Positions 49,811 to 58,340 of a stretch of DNA of 58,340 nucleotides are shown here, in pieces. Source of the DNA: Minisyncoccota bacterium (GTDB taxonomy: Bacteria; Patescibacteriota; Minisyncoccia; Phycocordibacterales; UBA6899). The number at the start of each line of letters is the position of its first letter. Within the stretch, counting starts at the first letter, position 1. The translations under genes and the position numbers were made by a program. The notes below the pieces were generated by a model, which did no database searches, had not been told where the DNA came from, and saw only the letters and a list, made by a program, of their open reading frames with translations. The stretch covers positions 1 to 58,340 of the forward strand of contig DATEZQ010000004.1 of assembly GCA_035583355.1 (NCBI GenBank), written 5' to 3'.

Positions 49811-50902
49811 TTATTTCTTTACGACCATACTGATAATACGTTGATTCATAACCGCAATCTCGCCTGCCTTGATATTGAGTACGGTTACTACACCATCCTC
49901 TGGAGCAAAAATGAAGTTGTTATTGTATGCGCCTTCGGCCACTCGGAGTGCACCGCTTGCTGCTTCTACTCCAGCCTTTGCGATGGAAACATCTTCAGGT
50001 CGTGCAGCAGCTTGCTTTGCGGCGAGAATACTCTTGGCCTGATCGAGCGCAGCACTCGCATCAGCGACCATCTGTTCCTTCACGCGAAGCGCAGACTGAT
50101 ATGCATTGTAATTCGCAAGATAGTTCGGAGCCTTCTTATTTGGGAGCGTGATTGTCCAGTTTTCGTACTGAATCGTCTTATCACCAGTGAATTTAATATA
50201 TAGGCCTGAATCTGCAATCGGCTGCTCATTAATCATATTAATCTGACCCGTTCCCGTCGCCATGCCTGTAGCATAAAACGAGATACCACCAGTACTATGG
50301 AAGAACTTGAGGTTGATTGTACCCTCCTTTCCAAGATTGTAGGTACCACTGATGACCGGCGCGAGGTAGTCACTCGTATCATTTGCAGGGAATGCCTGGA
50401 CGGTCGAATTGAGCAAATTGAAGTATGCATTCTTCACAATGACCTCCTGTGTCTCCCTGGTTTTGTCATAATTGTTTTCTGCGCGCACGACGGCAGCCTT
50501 GAGGACATCGATATCTGGCCCTGTGGCACCATTCAGAATCTTCTCATAATTCGCTTGCGCAACAGCAAGCGCACCACGCGCCTGATTCACCATTCCTTGC
50601 GCATCAATCGCATCGAGGCTTGCGAGTACATCTCCCTTCTTGACGATATCGCCCACCTTGACGCTTACTGCATTTACGCGTCCACCCTTCGGAAATGCAA
50701 GATTCACCTCATCGCCATCGCGATAGCCACCAAAAATAGAGGCTGTTTTCGTATCACCCAACTCCATATTCACCACTGGTGCAATGCCAACATTCTTATA
50801 GATATATACCCCAGCAAGTCCTGCCAAAAGTGCAGTCACTGTAATGACACGAGTAGGCTTATTGAGTACACGTATTAACTTTTGTTTCATAGAATTATTC
50901 AT
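49811..50902 (-). CDS. HlyD/efflux periplasmic-adaptor family protein
   Basis: N-terminal anchor, a lipoyl motif (VKVGDIVKKGDVLASLD), alpha-hairpin repeats, and a second lipoyl half (VTVLNIKAGEIA). Confidence 0.65.
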   Translation of the reverse strand: MNNSMKQKLIRVLNKPTRVITVTALLAGLAGVYIYKNVGIAPVVNMELGDTKTASIFGGYRDGDEVNLAFPKGGRVNAVSVKVGDIVKKGDVLASLDAIDAQGMVNQARGALAVAQANYEKILNGATGPDIDVLKAAVVRAENNYDKTRETQEVIVKNAYFNLLNSTVQAFPANDTSDYLAPVISGTYNLGKEGTINLKFFHSTGGISFYATGMATGTGQINMINEQPIADSGLYIKFTGDKTIQYENWTITLPNKKAPNYLANYNAYQSALRVKEQMVADASAALDQAKSILAAKQAAARPEDVSIAKAGVEAASGALRVAEGAYNNNFIFAPEDGVVTVLNIKAGEIAVMNQRIISMVVKK

Positions 50903-51308
50903 TGATGATCTTATTTAGTATTTTGCTCAGCGATTCCTTGTCTTCGTTATTCAACTTCGAGAACAAGTTTTTCAAAATGACCAGTTTCGCGTCTTTTAGC
51001 GAGGAGAATGCCTTGAACGTCTTTGGGGCAACAACAACACGCACGATGCGGCGATCGTTCTCATCGACTTCCCTCTTTAAGAATCCATTGTCGCAAAGCG
51101 GTTCCACAATACTCGTCACTGACGGTGGTGTGATATTGAGCGCAGCGGCAATATCCTTCATCGTGGGGTTTTCATTTTCCGAAACGAATTGAAGCACTTG
51201 GAGTTGCGATGGCGTGAAGTGCAGTCGCTCTGCTTCCTTATGAAGCTCACTGATGAGCTTACGGTGAAAGCCGAGGATGGTGTTTTCGAGATCTTTTTCC
51301 GTTATCAT
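50895..51308 (-). CDS. MarR family transcriptional regulator
   Basis: Winged-helix core LTPSQLQVLQFV...MKDIAAALNITPPSVTSIVEPL...DRR. Its stop overlaps the next gene's start by 8 nt. Confidence 0.85.
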   Translation of the reverse strand: MITEKDLENTILGFHRKLISELHKEAERLHFTPSQLQVLQFVSENENPTMKDIAAALNITPPSVTSIVEPLCDNGFLKREVDENDRRIVRVVVAPKTFKAFSSLKDAKLVILKNLFSKLNNEDKESLSKILNKIINE

Positions 51309-51314
51309 GAATTA

Positions 51315-51327
51315 TTAGTTTAACTAA
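51315..51327. promoter_or_regulatory. 13-bp perfect palindrome TTAGTTTAACTAA, candidate MarR operator
   Basis: Centred 13 nt upstream of the marR ATG (51308), in the only intergenic space of the operon. Confidence 0.4.
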
Positions 51328-51379
51328 CTATTAGACAAACTTAACATTGAATACTTTGCGTGTCAACGATGCTTATACA

Positions 51380-51408
51380 CAAAAACGGGCCTGCATGACG
51401 CAGGCCCG
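51380..51408 (-). terminator. Intrinsic terminator after hybrid kinase gene
   Basis: cgggcctgc-atgac-gcaggcccg, with TTTTTGTG downstream on the minus strand. Confidence 0.85.
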
Positions 51409-51415
51409 GTAATAT

Positions 51416-53218
51416 TCAATTCTTCTCTGATGCGCTCGCCATCGCCTCACCAATTACCCTTGAAAGGCTTTTTATGGTATAGGGTTTTGGCAGTGACGCC
51501 TTGAAACCTGTAGGGATGCGATCAGAGTACCCACTGGAAATGATTGCAATAAGCTCGGGATTAATCTCGAGCAAACGCTTGAGCGTCTCCTCTCCCCCCA
51601 TACCTCCAGGAATCGTCAGATCGAGAATAACGAGATCGAAGGGTTCACCACTGAATGCGGTGGACTGATAGATCTCAATCGCCTCAACCCCATGACTTGC
51701 AACGGTGACCTTGTGCCCCAACATTGCGAGCGCCTCGGTAAGCACCTCCTGCATTGCCCGATCATCATCCATCGCAAGGATCTTGCATGGACGCGACACA
51801 ATAGACTTTTCTACTCGTTCAGGGACAGGCTGGGCATCAGGACCAAGGGCAGGCAAATAAATACAGAACGTTGTCCCCTTCCCCTCCTTTGAGTTCACGA
51901 TGATTTTTCCATGGTGTTTTTCAATGATGCGATACACCACAGAGAGACCTAAGCCAGAACCTGCTCTTTCACCTTTTGTAGTGAAGTACGGCTCGAAAAT
52001 CCTCTCGATGTACTTATCAGGAATCCCAATTCCTTTGTCGATGACCGAGATATGAATATAGTCACCTCGAACTTGAACCGCTTCCGGGTCAACAGCATTC
52101 TTCGCCAGGATGCGTATCTTTCCACCATCAGGCATAGCCTGGTTCGCATTCAGGACTAGATTTTGGATTACTTGACCAATCTGCGACGCATCGATATCAG
52201 CAAGCCAAAGATCATCCGAAAGCTCGAGCTCACAGACAGATTTCGATCCTTTGCCGATAATAAACTCGGCCGATTCGCGAATCACCTGTGCAACCGATGT
52301 TGTCTTTGTGCAAGGAATACCTCCACGTGCAAACGCGAGTAGCTGCTGCGTCAAACCTGTCGCGCGCTCAGTCGCTTTCACAATTGCATCAAGCGACCCT
52401 CGCTGTTGGTCGTCCCGAGAAGTCATGCTTGCCATTGAGGCTTGCGCCATGATTGCGGTCAAGATGTTGTTGAAATCATGCGCAATACCACCAGCAAGAA
52501 TTCCAAGCGATTCAAGCTTTTGCAACTTTGAGCGCTCCTCACCCGCCATGCGATACTTCGTGATATCAGCAACATGTCCGTGCCAAAGGATTCCACCATC
52601 CTCCTCCAATTCTGGAGTTGAATGACTGAGAAGCCATTTAATCGGCTGACCGGGGAGCTTAATACGAAATTCCTTCTGCCGCAAACTAAGGTTCGCAGCA
52701 GAGAGTTCAAATGACTCAATGAGGCTTTGGTAGTCCTCGGGAAGAACCACATTCCCGATAGGGTCATAGCATTCGAACACCTGTTCGGGGCGGCATCCAA
52801 AAATCTCATAGATTCCTTCTGTGGTAAATGGGACTGAATAGGTCCCATCAGGTCTGCGCCTGAATTGAAATACCACACCAGGAATATGCGAAATGAGCTT
52901 ATGAAAGCGCACCTCATTCTCCCGCAGTACGCGCTGCGCTCTATTGCGCTCTGCAATAAAACTATTTTCGCGCTGTTTGATGTAATACGCGACCAAACCA
53001 ACAATCGCCACGACAAACAAAATCGTATAGAGCCGTGATTCAATGATGGTAATTCCGGGGCGAATCGTATGCTGCATCCATTCGAATACAGTCATGACTA
53101 CAAGCGCAAACAACATGCTTGCCAGCACGATATACGGAGTATTTCGACTACTGGAAAGACGGACAAAATTCAACTTCCTAGGCATACAACACCACACTTT
53201 CTCGAGCAGTGCTCGCAT
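51416..53218 (-). CDS. Hybrid sensor histidine kinase / response regulator (2 TM, PAS, HisKA, HATPase_c, REC)
   Basis: GGIAHDFNNILTAI H box, NLVLNANQAM, DKGIGI, GSGLGLSVV. C-terminal REC domain (KILAMDDD...DLVILDLTIPGG). Confidence 0.85.
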   Translation of the reverse strand: MRALLEKVWCCMPRKLNFVRLSSSRNTPYIVLASMLFALVVMTVFEWMQHTIRPGITIIESRLYTILFVVAIVGLVAYYIKQRENSFIAERNRAQRVLRENEVRFHKLISHIPGVVFQFRRRPDGTYSVPFTTEGIYEIFGCRPEQVFECYDPIGNVVLPEDYQSLIESFELSAANLSLRQKEFRIKLPGQPIKWLLSHSTPELEEDGGILWHGHVADITKYRMAGEERSKLQKLESLGILAGGIAHDFNNILTAIMAQASMASMTSRDDQQRGSLDAIVKATERATGLTQQLLAFARGGIPCTKTTSVAQVIRESAEFIIGKGSKSVCELELSDDLWLADIDASQIGQVIQNLVLNANQAMPDGGKIRILAKNAVDPEAVQVRGDYIHISVIDKGIGIPDKYIERIFEPYFTTKGERAGSGLGLSVVYRIIEKHHGKIIVNSKEGKGTTFCIYLPALGPDAQPVPERVEKSIVSRPCKILAMDDDRAMQEVLTEALAMLGHKVTVASHGVEAIEIYQSTAFSGEPFDLVILDLTIPGGMGGEETLKRLLEINPELIAIISSGYSDRIPTGFKASLPKPYTIKSLSRVIGEAMASASEKN

Positions 53219-53381
53219 ATGCGCAAAGCGCTATTGTAGGATGAATAGGCGGAACAACTGTTAGTACGCCGTAATACGGAACTCTGTATTGTTTCTACAG
53301 TATATATATTATCTGTCAAATTACAGAATAGATAGTCATACTTGTCAAAAAAACCAAATGCAACACCTGCTCGCCCTGGAA

Positions 53382-53390
53382 TGCTATACT
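53382..53390 (+). promoter_or_regulatory. Extended -10 TGCTATACT, 6 nt before ATG 53397 (leaderless)
   Basis: aaTGCTATACTcatcttATG. Confidence 0.6.
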
Positions 53391-53396
53391 CATCTT

Positions 53397-53558
53397 ATGA
53401 AAGAAAAGAAGGCTCAGTCCACAAAACATGTACGCTCAATCGAGAAACTTCATCATTTTTCATGTGGGGCATGTAACAAGTGGTGGTCTATCGGAGATGC
53501 ACCGCAAGCCCCACGTGCCTGGTATTGCCCATGGTGCGGAACAAAAGCAAAACATTAA
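53397..53558 (+). CDS. 53-aa zinc-ribbon mini-protein
   Basis: MKEKKAQSTKHVRSIEKLHHFSCGACNKWWSIGDAPQAPRAWYCPWCGTKAKH with CxxC...CxxC. The track ORF starts at TTG 53289. Confidence 0.5.
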   Translation: MKEKKAQSTKHVRSIEKLHHFSCGACNKWWSIGDAPQAPRAWYCPWCGTKAKH

Positions 53559-53579
53559 AAAACGGCACTGCCGTTTTTT
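53557..53579. terminator. Bidirectional terminator shared by convergent genes
   Basis: aaaaaacggc-act-gccgtttttt. It overlaps both stop codons. Confidence 0.85.
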
Positions 53580-54426
53580 AATATTCGATATTGATTGGAA
53601 ATGACATTGATGCATCCTTGTCGTTCATACCTGAGGGATTATCTTTTTTGAGCACGACTGTCGCAGTACCAATATAGTTCCCTGGAACAGTAACTGATGC
53701 CACAAACGGAACGAAGTCCGTCGTCATCCAATCACCTTGCGCTTTCGCAATTGATTGTGCAATTATCTTTCCATTCACATCAAGTACAGCAACTGGAAAT
53801 GAGGCCTCAAAGAACCACATGCCACGCGCCTCCCCTCGCACATCGAACTGCTTCCCCACGACAGCGCCAAGTGGCGGAGAGCTTACACGTACCATATCAG
53901 CGGTTGCATTCACATAATCCACCAGTACATCCTCTATCTTGAACGTGAGAGTATAATCCTTCAGCGAGAGCGAACCTTCTTTCTTGCGCACCGGACCAAC
54001 AGAGGTCAGGGTGATCATCTTTCCGAGAAATATGAATGGCTCACCTACGAGGAACGTTTGCTTAGTTCGCTCACTTCCCACGTGGACTGCCGCATCGATG
54101 CGCACGCGGCCAGCCTGAATACACATAACCCCTAGTGGGCAGCGACTATCTTCGACAACCTCGCTCGGAGTGATCGAAACATTTCCAAGGGTAGCCATTT
54201 CGCCGATATGAACAGTGACTATTCCTGACGTAGGCAGAACTGGCTTTGGAGTGGTCACCACAGGCACTGGTGCCTCAGGCTCACTTTCAACAGGAGTGAC
54301 TTCCTCGGGGACAGGCTGCGCTACTCTAACCGTTTTCTTGTCTGCCATAATATAAAGTGCCAACCAAACGACGAGCACGATAAGAATAATAAATGTAACG
54401 ATTGCAGTAATGCGTGATGAATTCAT
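53578..54426 (-). CDS. Membrane-anchored protein with a C-terminal Gmad2 Ig-like domain
   Basis: N-terminal TM helix and a Pro/Glu/Val linker. The C-terminal block VSSPPLGAVVGKQFDVRGEARGMWFFEASFPVAVLDVNGKII...GDWMTTDFVPF is typical of Gmad2. Confidence 0.6.
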   Translation of the reverse strand: MNSSRITAIVTFIILIVLVVWLALYIMADKKTVRVAQPVPEEVTPVESEPEAPVPVVTTPKPVLPTSGIVTVHIGEMATLGNVSITPSEVVEDSRCPLGVMCIQAGRVRIDAAVHVGSERTKQTFLVGEPFIFLGKMITLTSVGPVRKKEGSLSLKDYTLTFKIEDVLVDYVNATADMVRVSSPPLGAVVGKQFDVRGEARGMWFFEASFPVAVLDVNGKIIAQSIAKAQGDWMTTDFVPFVASVTVPGNYIGTATVVLKKDNPSGMNDKDASMSFPINIEY

Positions 54427-54512
54427 ATATGAATTATAACACTAAGAAGATAGACTTTCCCTCTCTACAAACCATTGACTGACTACTCCATCTCAAGTAC
54501 CCTACAATCACT

Positions 54513-54830
54513 ATGGGAAACACGACTGGTAAACGCATTGCCCGCTCACATACGACAGCGATTGCACTCGCTTCCGAACTTGCACTCATGCTTGATGCAA
54601 GTGGTGTCGTAACAAAAGTCATGCTCGGAGTTATTACCGCACGCTCAGGATGCAAGACAGAAAAGATCATCATCAATCACGATCAATTCAATCTCCGCCT
54701 AACCATACAACAGCCACCCACAAAACAAGAACTCTATGTAAGTGCACCCGACCGCATATCGGTAGCAGCACTTATTGTTACTTGGAGTAAACAAAAAAAT
54801 ATTGAGTGTATCGTTCGTACCAATGAGTGA
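54513..54830 (+). CDS. Hypothetical protein (105 aa)
   Basis: TACAAT lies 4 nt upstream of the ATG. No motif recognised. Preferred over the antisense 80-aa ORF. Uses a TGA stop. Confidence 0.35.
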   Translation: MGNTTGKRIARSHTTAIALASELALMLDASGVVTKVMLGVITARSGCKTEKIIINHDQFNLRLTIQQPPTKQELYVSAPDRISVAALIVTWSKQKNIECIVRTNE

Positions 54831-54919
54831 CCCAAAATAGCCATGAAAAACAATCTCTAATCTCATGCGTTTATCGATAGACATATTGCCCGCATTCTAT
54901 TTCCTTTGATACTATTCAT

Positions 54920-54928
54920 TGGTATACT
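54920..54928 (+). promoter_or_regulatory. Extended -10 TGGTATACT, 13 nt before ATG 54942
   Basis: atTGGTATACTgtagacactatatATG. Confidence 0.45.
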
Positions 54929-54941
54929 GTAGACACTATAT

Positions 54942-57935
54942 ATGTCTACTACCGTAAACAAAAATGCCCGAACAGTTAGGTCTATCTGTTTCCAGGGCAC
55001 CGCAATAGCGATCTTTCTTGTTGTCATTCTCTGCAACATTCTTTCGTTATACCCACTATGTGCAGAAAGCTCAACGAGCACTACGTCATTTGCAACTTCA
55101 GTACAATCAAGTAGTGCTTCGCCTGGAATACTTCGTTCTGAATTTCATTTTCTCGGAAACAAGAACATTGCTCCGGTGCTATTTCTTCAAGGGGATACAG
55201 CGGCAGGACTTGCCGCTGACATCGTGAACGAAATGTCTAAACATATGTCCAAACCAATTGTAATCACCGCAATGGATTGGACTAATGCACAACAGCTGGT
55301 TGCAGCAGGTGAAGCTGACGCGCTAATTCAAATCAATCAAAACCCTGAGCGACTAAAGATCTATGATTTCTCAGACCCCTTGCTCGAATCTCACTTTTCC
55401 ATCTTCGTAAGGGACATCCGCGGAGACATTTCAGACCTCGTGAGCCTAAAAGGAAAGCGCGTGGGGGTCGAAGCAGGCGGGCTTCCCGCGCAAGTTCTTG
55501 CGAATGATAATGAGATTGAATCAATAGTCGTGCCGAATTTCACTCAGGCTTTTGCACTACTCAATGCTGATACAATCGATGCGGTTATTGTCGATTATCG
55601 CGTTGGGGCGTACATACTCGCCGCAAATAATATTCGTGGAGTGAAAGTAGTAGGCATGCCTATTGCATCATCATACTCTGCTCTTGCTGTAAAGAAAGGA
55701 AATGTCGCCCTGCTCAGCGAAATCAATACGGCTTTACGTACAATCAAGACAGACGGAACATATCAGGCAATACTCGATAGATGGAAACCCAAAGAGGTTA
55801 TATTCATTACGCAGGAAAAAATCACTGACTATATTCACACACTCCTCATTATCATTCTTTTAATTTCCCTTATCGCCACAGCAGTATGGTCTCTACTCCT
55901 GATGCGAGAATTGAAGAAAAGAAAGATTGCAGAGACTGCCGAGCTTAAAGCAAAGAAATACTCGGAAAAACTTGTAAGTGCAGCAAATGCAATGATTATA
56001 TGCCTCGACCGGGAGGGGAAAATAAATGTCTTTAATGAAGCTGCAGAAAATATCACAGGATACAAAAAAGAAGAGGTAATCGGGCAAAACTGGTTCAGGT
56101 TGGTCGTTCCTCGTAATCTATACCCAGAGGCATGGAAGATATTTGAGGATTTCCAGAAGCAAGGAAAATCCATTCTAGGTGAATTTCAAAACCCAATTCT
56201 CACTAAATCAGGAGAAGAGAGGATTATTGAGTGGCGTAATTCTGACCTTCTCGACGGCAATAGTGTTGTGGGCACCATTTCCTTTGGTATTGATGTTACA
56301 GAACAAAAACTAATAGAGAAAAAACGGATCGAGTCTGAGGAAAAGTTCTCCGCTGCATTCAACGCTTCACCAGACCTAATGGCAATAACTCGAGCTGCGG
56401 ATGGCAAAATCCTAGAAATTAATGAAGGGTATACACGTATGCTCGGATATGAGCGCGCAGAGTCTGTAGGTAAAACGACGGCGGAGCTTGCTATCTGGGC
56501 AGATACAGCTGATCGAGCAAAATTCATATCGCTCCTACAGCAAAATAATTCAGTAATTGACTTTGAGACCAAGCTTAAAAGGAAAGACGGGAAAATAATT
56601 ACCGTCATTGATTCTGCACGAATGTTTGATCTTCTTGGGCAAGCGTGTATCCTCTCAACTGCACATGATATTAGTGATCGAATTCATGAGGAACAGGAAC
56701 TAAAACGCACAAACCGTGCACTCTCTATTCTAAGCGCAACAAATCAAGAACTCATTCATGTCACAGAGGAAAAGGCTCTTCTCGACAAAATAAGTAAAAT
56801 CATCACCGACATTGGTGGATATCGGCTTATGTGGATTGGTTTTGCATACAAAGACAGAACAAAGACACTACACGTAGCCGCACAATCAGGCTTCATGCAT
56901 AATAATATGACTTCGCCAGATATAAACTGGGAGGATGCACCTGGTAACAAGAACCCTGCAAGCGTAGCAATTCGTACCGGAAAAACACAAATTGCCTACA
57001 ATATACAAAATGACCCGAAGCTGTCACCGTGGAGGGATGCAGCCGTACAGAGTGGGAGCAGATCATCTATCGCCCTCCCCCTCACCAGCGAAGGAGAGAC
57101 CTTTGGTGTGGTAAATATCTACTCAAGCGAAACGGATGCCTTTAATGATCAGGAAGTTAAAATACTCGAAGAACTAACCAGCGATCTCGCTTTTGGTATT
57201 ACCACTCTACGCAAAGAAGAAAAAATTGAAGAGCGAACGAAGGAAATCGACCAACTCAAAAATAAATTCATTCAGATTGTCTCTCACCAACTTAATACAC
57301 CTCTAAACGTCATACGCTGGAGCCTTGAAGCAATTATGGACAGGAAGCGCGGTGAAGTTCCTGCAGCAATATTAGAACTTCTCAAGGGGACGTATGCTGC
57401 AGATCTTGAGATTATATCGAGAATAGGCGACCTACTTACTGCAATGAACATTGAAGAAGGGCAGATACATCTTAGTAGAGATGCTACCAACATGGATGAT
57501 CTTCTCCGTCCAACCTGCGAAGAGAAACTGAAATTGACACACCTTAAAAACATCACTTATGAAATTACACCACTTCAGTCAACAATTCCCATAGTGAATG
57601 TGGACGCGGAAAAAATTCGCGATGTTGTTGCGCGTCTTGTAGACAATGCCGTAACTTACACGAAAGATGGCGGGCATATTAATGTAAAATATTTTACACA
57701 AGACCATACCTTCCGCTTTGAAATTACAGACTCTGGAGTCGGAATCCCCTCATCAGAGCAATCAAAGGTATTCGAGCGTTTTCATAGGGGATGGAATGCA
57801 GCACAAATGAAACCTGACGCATCTGGGTTGAGTTTGTATATCGCCAAAAAATACATTGACATTCATGATGGAAGGATTGGGTTTAATTCAACTGAGGAAG
57901 GTGGGAGTACGTTTTGGTTCGAACTTCCACAATAA
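54942..57935 (+). CDS. Sensor histidine kinase with extracytoplasmic family-3 solute-binding domain, TM, 2 PAS, GAF, HisKA, HATPase_c
   Basis: Signal/TM, an SBP_bac_3-like domain (KGKRVGVEAGG..., DAVIVDY), and a TM helix LLIIILLISLIATAVWSLLL. PAS repeats and GAF. H box IVSHQLNTPL, DSGVGI, ASGLSLYI. Confidence 0.85.
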   Translation: MSTTVNKNARTVRSICFQGTAIAIFLVVILCNILSLYPLCAESSTSTTSFATSVQSSSASPGILRSEFHFLGNKNIAPVLFLQGDTAAGLAADIVNEMSKHMSKPIVITAMDWTNAQQLVAAGEADALIQINQNPERLKIYDFSDPLLESHFSIFVRDIRGDISDLVSLKGKRVGVEAGGLPAQVLANDNEIESIVVPNFTQAFALLNADTIDAVIVDYRVGAYILAANNIRGVKVVGMPIASSYSALAVKKGNVALLSEINTALRTIKTDGTYQAILDRWKPKEVIFITQEKITDYIHTLLIIILLISLIATAVWSLLLMRELKKRKIAETAELKAKKYSEKLVSAANAMIICLDREGKINVFNEAAENITGYKKEEVIGQNWFRLVVPRNLYPEAWKIFEDFQKQGKSILGEFQNPILTKSGEERIIEWRNSDLLDGNSVVGTISFGIDVTEQKLIEKKRIESEEKFSAAFNASPDLMAITRAADGKILEINEGYTRMLGYERAESVGKTTAELAIWADTADRAKFISLLQQNNSVIDFETKLKRKDGKIITVIDSARMFDLLGQACILSTAHDISDRIHEEQELKRTNRALSILSATNQELIHVTEEKALLDKISKIITDIGGYRLMWIGFAYKDRTKTLHVAAQSGFMHNNMTSPDINWEDAPGNKNPASVAIRTGKTQIAYNIQNDPKLSPWRDAAVQSGSRSSIALPLTSEGETFGVVNIYSSETDAFNDQEVKILEELTSDLAFGITTLRKEEKIEERTKEIDQLKNKFIQIVSHQLNTPLNVIRWSLEAIMDRKRGEVPAAILELLKGTYAADLEIISRIGDLLTAMNIEEGQIHLSRDATNMDDLLRPTCEEKLKLTHLKNITYEITPLQSTIPIVNVDAEKIRDVVARLVDNAVTYTKDGGHINVKYFTQDHTFRFEITDSGVGIPSSEQSKVFERFHRGWNAAQMKPDASGLSLYIAKKYIDIHDGRIGFNSTEEGGSTFWFELPQ

Positions 57936-58151
57936 CAACTGTTAGCTATAACAAGCAGTGAAGTCGATATTTTTCTAAATGATGTAGAACATACTGTGAC
58001 ATATACAAATTCACATTATATTCAAGTGGTCCCCACTTCTCATTTGATTTGGTTTTACGTAGCATTCAACTTTGACAGTCATATATTTAGTAATAGAATT
58101 AAATATGTTGTCGATAGTTGATTTGGACTTAATACAATAACCAAAAACCGT

Positions 58152-58340
58152 ATGCCAAACGAAACGTATCAAGATTTAGGAGTACTTGTACCAGAAATCA
58201 TGCTTCCACGTGAAGGAACAGATATGACAAAGTGGGCGGTGGTCGCCTGCGATCAGTACACCTCTCAGCCCGAATATTGGAATAAAGTTGAAGCCCTTGT
58301 TGACGGAGCGCCATCGACACTCCGCATCACCCTTCCTGAG
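58152..58340 (+). CDS. DUF1015 family protein, 5' partial (runs off the window)
   Basis: MPNETYQDLGVLVPEIMLPREGTDMTKWAVVACDQYTSQPEYW matches the conserved DUF1015 N-terminus as I recall it. Confidence 0.55.
   Translation, partial: MPNETYQDLGVLVPEIMLPREGTDMTKWAVVACDQYTSQPEYWNKVEALVDGAPSTLRITLPE

Noticed and set aside
54434-54676. 80-aa minus-strand ORF antisense to 54513..54830
   Set aside because: It has no promoter or RBS. The + frame has a -10 box next to its ATG. Both are weak, so only the + frame is listed, at low confidence.
1-58340. Alternative genetic code (UGA recoding, as in some candidate phyla)
   Set aside because: ORFs are long and motif-complete under the standard code. TGA closes at least two good genes (51416 and 54830).
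1-58340. Prophage, integrative element or transposon
   Set aside because: I recognised no integrase, transposase, recombinase, capsid or terminase motif. The only mobile-type elements are the group I intron and the HNH gene.

Overview
58.3-kb window of a compact bacterial genome with mid-40s %GC. It holds about 65 protein genes, mostly in short operons separated by strong A-run/stem/T-run hairpins. I found no rRNA, CRISPR array, integrase or transposase. Standard genetic code fits: ORFs are long and TAA, TAG and TGA all act as stops. The gene content points to a reduced, surface-attached lifestyle, possibly Patescibacteria/CPR-like. That content includes two orphan type IV pilin-like genes, NadR-PnuC vitamin salvage, cohesin/dockerin proteins, many small membrane proteins and almost no biosynthesis. 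The lineage guess is inference only. Main points: (1) A 9.8-kb six-gene minus-strand locus (15009-24834) encodes only secreted or anchored proteins. It includes a 1278-aa protein with a 1.6-kb internal duplication, a smaller protein sharing its C-terminal ~160-aa domain, a DUF916-like membrane partner and an adjacent cohesin-dockerin pair. This is my best candidate for an undescribed surface fibre or attachment system. (2) tRNA-Asn(GUU) is interrupted by a 241-nt group I intron, with an HNH endonuclease gene directly upstream. (3) An unclassified GC-rich structured RNA-like element lies at 41556-41711. (4) A -10 box placed exactly 6 nt before ATG recurs, implying widespread leaderless mRNAs. 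(5) One histidine kinase carries a degenerate MsrA-like N-terminal domain, and two 7TM-GAF kinase-like paralogues show no visible phospho-acceptor His. (6) There is an ApbE / FMN-binding / NqrB-RnfD-like-FNR flavinylation module. (7) Several single GC3-rich genes look foreign. (8) A 41-aa Lys/Ala-rich histone-H1-like ORF built from 24-nt repeats is missing from the ORF track. All functional calls come from reading motifs by eye; no searches were run.
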